Shown here piece by piece: positions 61,888 through 64,000 of a stretch of 64,000 bases of DNA. The translations under genes and the position numbers were made by a program. The notes under the pieces are model-generated. The model saw only the letters and a program-made list of their open reading frames with translations. It searched no databases and had not been told where the DNA came from. The first letter of the stretch is position 1. Every line of letters begins with the position of its first letter. The DNA lies in the NCBI GenBank assembly GCA_963737265.1, contig CAVTRY010000011.1:864001-928000 (forward strand), in the 5' to 3' direction. Source of the DNA: an uncultured delta proteobacterium (lineage in GTDB: Bacteria > Myxococcota_A > Polyangia > Fen-1088).

Positions 61888-62416
61888 CGTGTCCTGCCTC
61901 GTTGTTGAGGCGGACTACACCTTAGCTCCTGGTCCCATTTTTGGGGTCCACTTCAGAGATGTCTGGCCAATAGCAGCCGCCGCTCTACCCAGTCAGTCTT
62001 GCGTCCGCAAAGAAGCGCCACTGCCCGCGCTGACAGCTCGTCCTCGTCGACCAAGGAGGCGACGACCCGTGCCTCGTCGAGCGCGGTCAAGGAGCGCGGT
62101 GGGGCATTGGCGGCCAGCATGGTGCGCTTGTGGTCGATGCGCGAGGCCGATATCTCCAGCATCACTGGCACGTGACTGTGGCCTTGCGCCCGCCAGCGAC
62201 TGAGACGCTTGAACCCGTCAAGCACCTCGTAATGGCCATCTTCCGTCTGCGCCACCCGTACCGGCAGCTCTGCCGTGAGCATTTCCGTGGGTGCAAGACA
62301 GCCGGGACGGAGGTGCGCATAGCTTGTCCGTAGATTGGACACGGGCAGAAAGCACACTGCCCCAGCCACCTCGTCCGGCACACGCGCTTGTGGCGCAGGC
62401 AGGTCGACCGGGGCGT

Positions 62417-62794
62417 TCACCGCAACCTTTCGAAAAGCAACAGCTGGCGGAGATCTCGGTAATCACCCATACCCCGAAGCTGGTCCGCCTGGCGCGGTGG
62501 CCGGCGGGCCTCGACCACGTCGACCGTGTAAAGGGGCGTCCGCTCGTGCTCGGCGTCGAGTGTGGCACACAGACTCGACCCGTATGGACTGCCCCCTGAT
62601 CCCGCAAAAACTACACCGTGGACCTTCTGCTTCTGCCACAGCGCCAGCGCTTCTAATAGCGTTGGCAATGCACGTGCGTGCCAGGGCGTTCGCTCCAGCC
62701 GGGCCTTCAGTATCGTCTCGCCCGCATCCCCGGTCACCAGGACTCGTGTCGATCCCCGCCCCGGGTGGATTGCCACCAGGATTCGCTCTTCCAT
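62417..62794 (-). CDS. Hypothetical accessory protein of the IS21 element
   Basis: RBS AAGGAGGA; GTGA overlap with the ParB-like gene; LKARL..ALPTLLEALALW. Confidence 0.7.
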   Translation of the reverse strand: MEERILVAIHPGRGSTRVLVTGDAGETILKARLERTPWHARALPTLLEALALWQKQKVHGVVFAGSGGSPYGSSLCATLDAEHERTPLYTVDVVEARRPPRQADQLRGMGDYRDLRQLLLFERLR

Positions 62795-63170
62795 CGCATT
62801 CCTCCTTGCCGCCTGAATCCAGCGACAAGGGGATCTGTACCGGCAACGCAAATTCTTGGTGAGACCTATGAGTCACTTTCTGTCGGCACACGCGCTGCCG
62901 CCTGGCATGTGCACGCCGGCCCCCACGGGTCGATTGCCGAAGGCGGCTGGCCTTACGCCACGATGCGAGCAGGGCCAGTCGGCTGCAGGTGGCCGTGCAG
63001 TAGCGATTGCCGTGGTCGCAGCGAGAGCAGACGAAAAACACCTGCCCACAGCCGGGCAGGCTACATATCGCTATCCGAATCGAGTCCAATCGCGCGTCCC
63101 GTCCTGCGGCGCCCAAAAACTGGACATCTGCCTCGGAACCTGCGACGACTCGGTCGTCGACGCGTCCCAA
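62463..63170 (-). CDS. Cys-rich zinc-finger-like accessory protein of the IS21 element
   Basis: CSLPGC..VCSRCDHGNRYC...C, basic RQR segment, C-terminal CSFCG; start uncertain. Confidence 0.55.
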   Translation of the reverse strand: MGRVDDRVVAGSEADVQFLGAAGRDARLDSIRIAICSLPGCGQVFFVCSRCDHGNRYCTATCSRLALLASWRKASRLRQSTRGGRRAHARRQRVCRQKVTHRSHQEFALPVQIPLSLDSGGKEECDGRANPGGNPPGAGIDTSPGDRGCGRDDTEGPAGANALARTCIANAIRSAGAVAEAEGPRCSFCGIRGQSIRVESVCHTRRRARADAPLHGRRGRGPPATAPGGPASGYG

Positions 63171-63432
63171 CGTACCGACACGAGGGGCCCGGGTGTTGTG
63201 ACCCGTGCCCCTCCTCCTTCGGGAGCCGCAGCCCCCTGCTTACGCCACCTCCACCGCTGCCGCGAATTTCCTGACCAGGCCGGCGCCGTGGTCCCGTCAG
63301 CCAGCCGTCCCCGTAGGCTTCACACCGCGGAAGTCACGCCACCATGCACGCTGCTCGCCCAGCCAACGCCCCATCTCCGATTTTCGGGCCACCGCCGCTA
63401 CGGAATTTCGGAGCCACCGTCACTGAAGACTT

Positions 63433-63729
63433 CAGCGGGCTTTGGCGAGACGTTGCCCGGGGCCTGGCCTGATTTGCCATTCTGACCGCGGCTCCGAGTT
63501 CGCAGCCACAAGCTTCCGCGATCTCCTCAAGCAAGCGCAGGCGCTGCAGAGCATGAGCCGCAAGGGCAATTGCTGGGACAACGCCGTGGCCGAGAGCTTC
63601 TTCTCTACACTCGAATTCGAGGGACCCAATACGTCAACCTGGCGCTACGTCTGCGATGGCGAGCCCGAGATGTTCACTTTCATCGAGAGCTACTACAACC
63701 AAACCAGGCTACATTCATACAACCGTTAG
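63433..63729 (+). pseudogene. IS3-family transposase fragment, part 2
   Basis: HSDRGSEF, SRKGNCWDNAVAESFFSTL, YYNQTRLHS, then truncated. Confidence 0.85.
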
Positions 63730-64000
63730 GTGCCGTCAAGAAATAAACTTTACATGAGCGTCTGCCGCAGTACCATTTGAGCCGATTGGACCCGACACAA
63801 AGTCTCAAAGGGAAGTTCCGTCTGGTGTGGCCACACTTGAGTGAGCGTGCTCGGCGTATGCTTGCGGCGGCGGAGGCCACCAATATTGGCTATGGCGGCG
63901 TGAGTCTCGTGAGTCGCGCATGCGGCCTGTCACGGGTGACCATTACGAAGGGCGTGAAGGAACTGCGACAGAAACCTCTGCATGGAGAGCGAGTTCGACG
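63729..64000 (+). mobile_element. ISAzo13-family element, 5' part (transposase from ~63777, runs off the window)
   Basis: PHLSERARRMLAAAEA..GYGGVSLVSRACGLSRVTITKGVKEL. Confidence 0.8.

Larger units (their letters stand above)
60519..61955 (-). mobile_element. IS3-family insertion sequence (1437 bp)
   Basis: Terminal IR TGAAGTGGACCCC...GGGGTCCACTTCA; 3-bp duplication GAG. Confidence 0.92.
60050..62420 (-). pseudogene. ParB/Spo0J-like protein split by an IS3 insertion
   Basis: YEVLDGFKR plus HTH in 61956-62420; frame continues LARHL|GAEASAAL from 60515; no stop until 59466, so the true end is uncertain. Confidence 0.8.
57403..63428 (-). mobile_element. Extended IS21-family transposon with ParB-like and two other accessory genes
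   Basis: Imperfect terminal IRs CTTCAtcGcCGGTGGtcCCGAAA / CTTCAgtGaCGGTGGctCCGAAA; ACTT duplication (57399-57402, 63429-63432); removing the element restores the IS3 frame EAL|QRAL. Confidence 0.88.

Overview
GC-rich bacterial DNA, probably Myxococcota/Polyangia-like (inferred from the eukaryote-type Ser/Thr kinase and overall gene style). It has three parts. (1) 1-20.3 kb, core/metabolic genes: a DUF362/polyferredoxin operon, an Ogt-AlkA fusion, a Thermotoga-type hexuronate cluster (exuT, PfkB kinase, LarA-family epimerase, gnd, uxuB, uxaE, divergent uxaC), alaS, an acyltransferase and a Ser/Thr kinase. (2) A ~31.3 kb element integrated in tRNA-Val(CAC), bounded by an exact 44-bp direct repeat (20314-20357 / 51549-51592). 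Its backbone is integrase, Xis, wHTH, an intact family-A DNA polymerase and a conserved partner, with no recognisable primase, capsid or conjugation genes. Its cargo is mostly defence-like: SNF2/DUF1156/DUF499, HEPN-like, SIR2-like, GmrSD, Panacea-PemK, a mini-RadA operon and a six-gene operon with unusual fusions. (3) 51.6-64 kb, a decayed mobile region: type I R-M fragments, toxin-antitoxin genes, an IR-flanked GxxExxY gene, an orphan att-like site and nested IS elements, including a 5-gene IS21-family transposon carrying a ParB-like gene. Best candidates for undescribed systems are the PolA-encoding integrative element, the ParB-IS21 transposon and the mini-RadA operon. All family calls come from motif recognition by eye; no searches were run.
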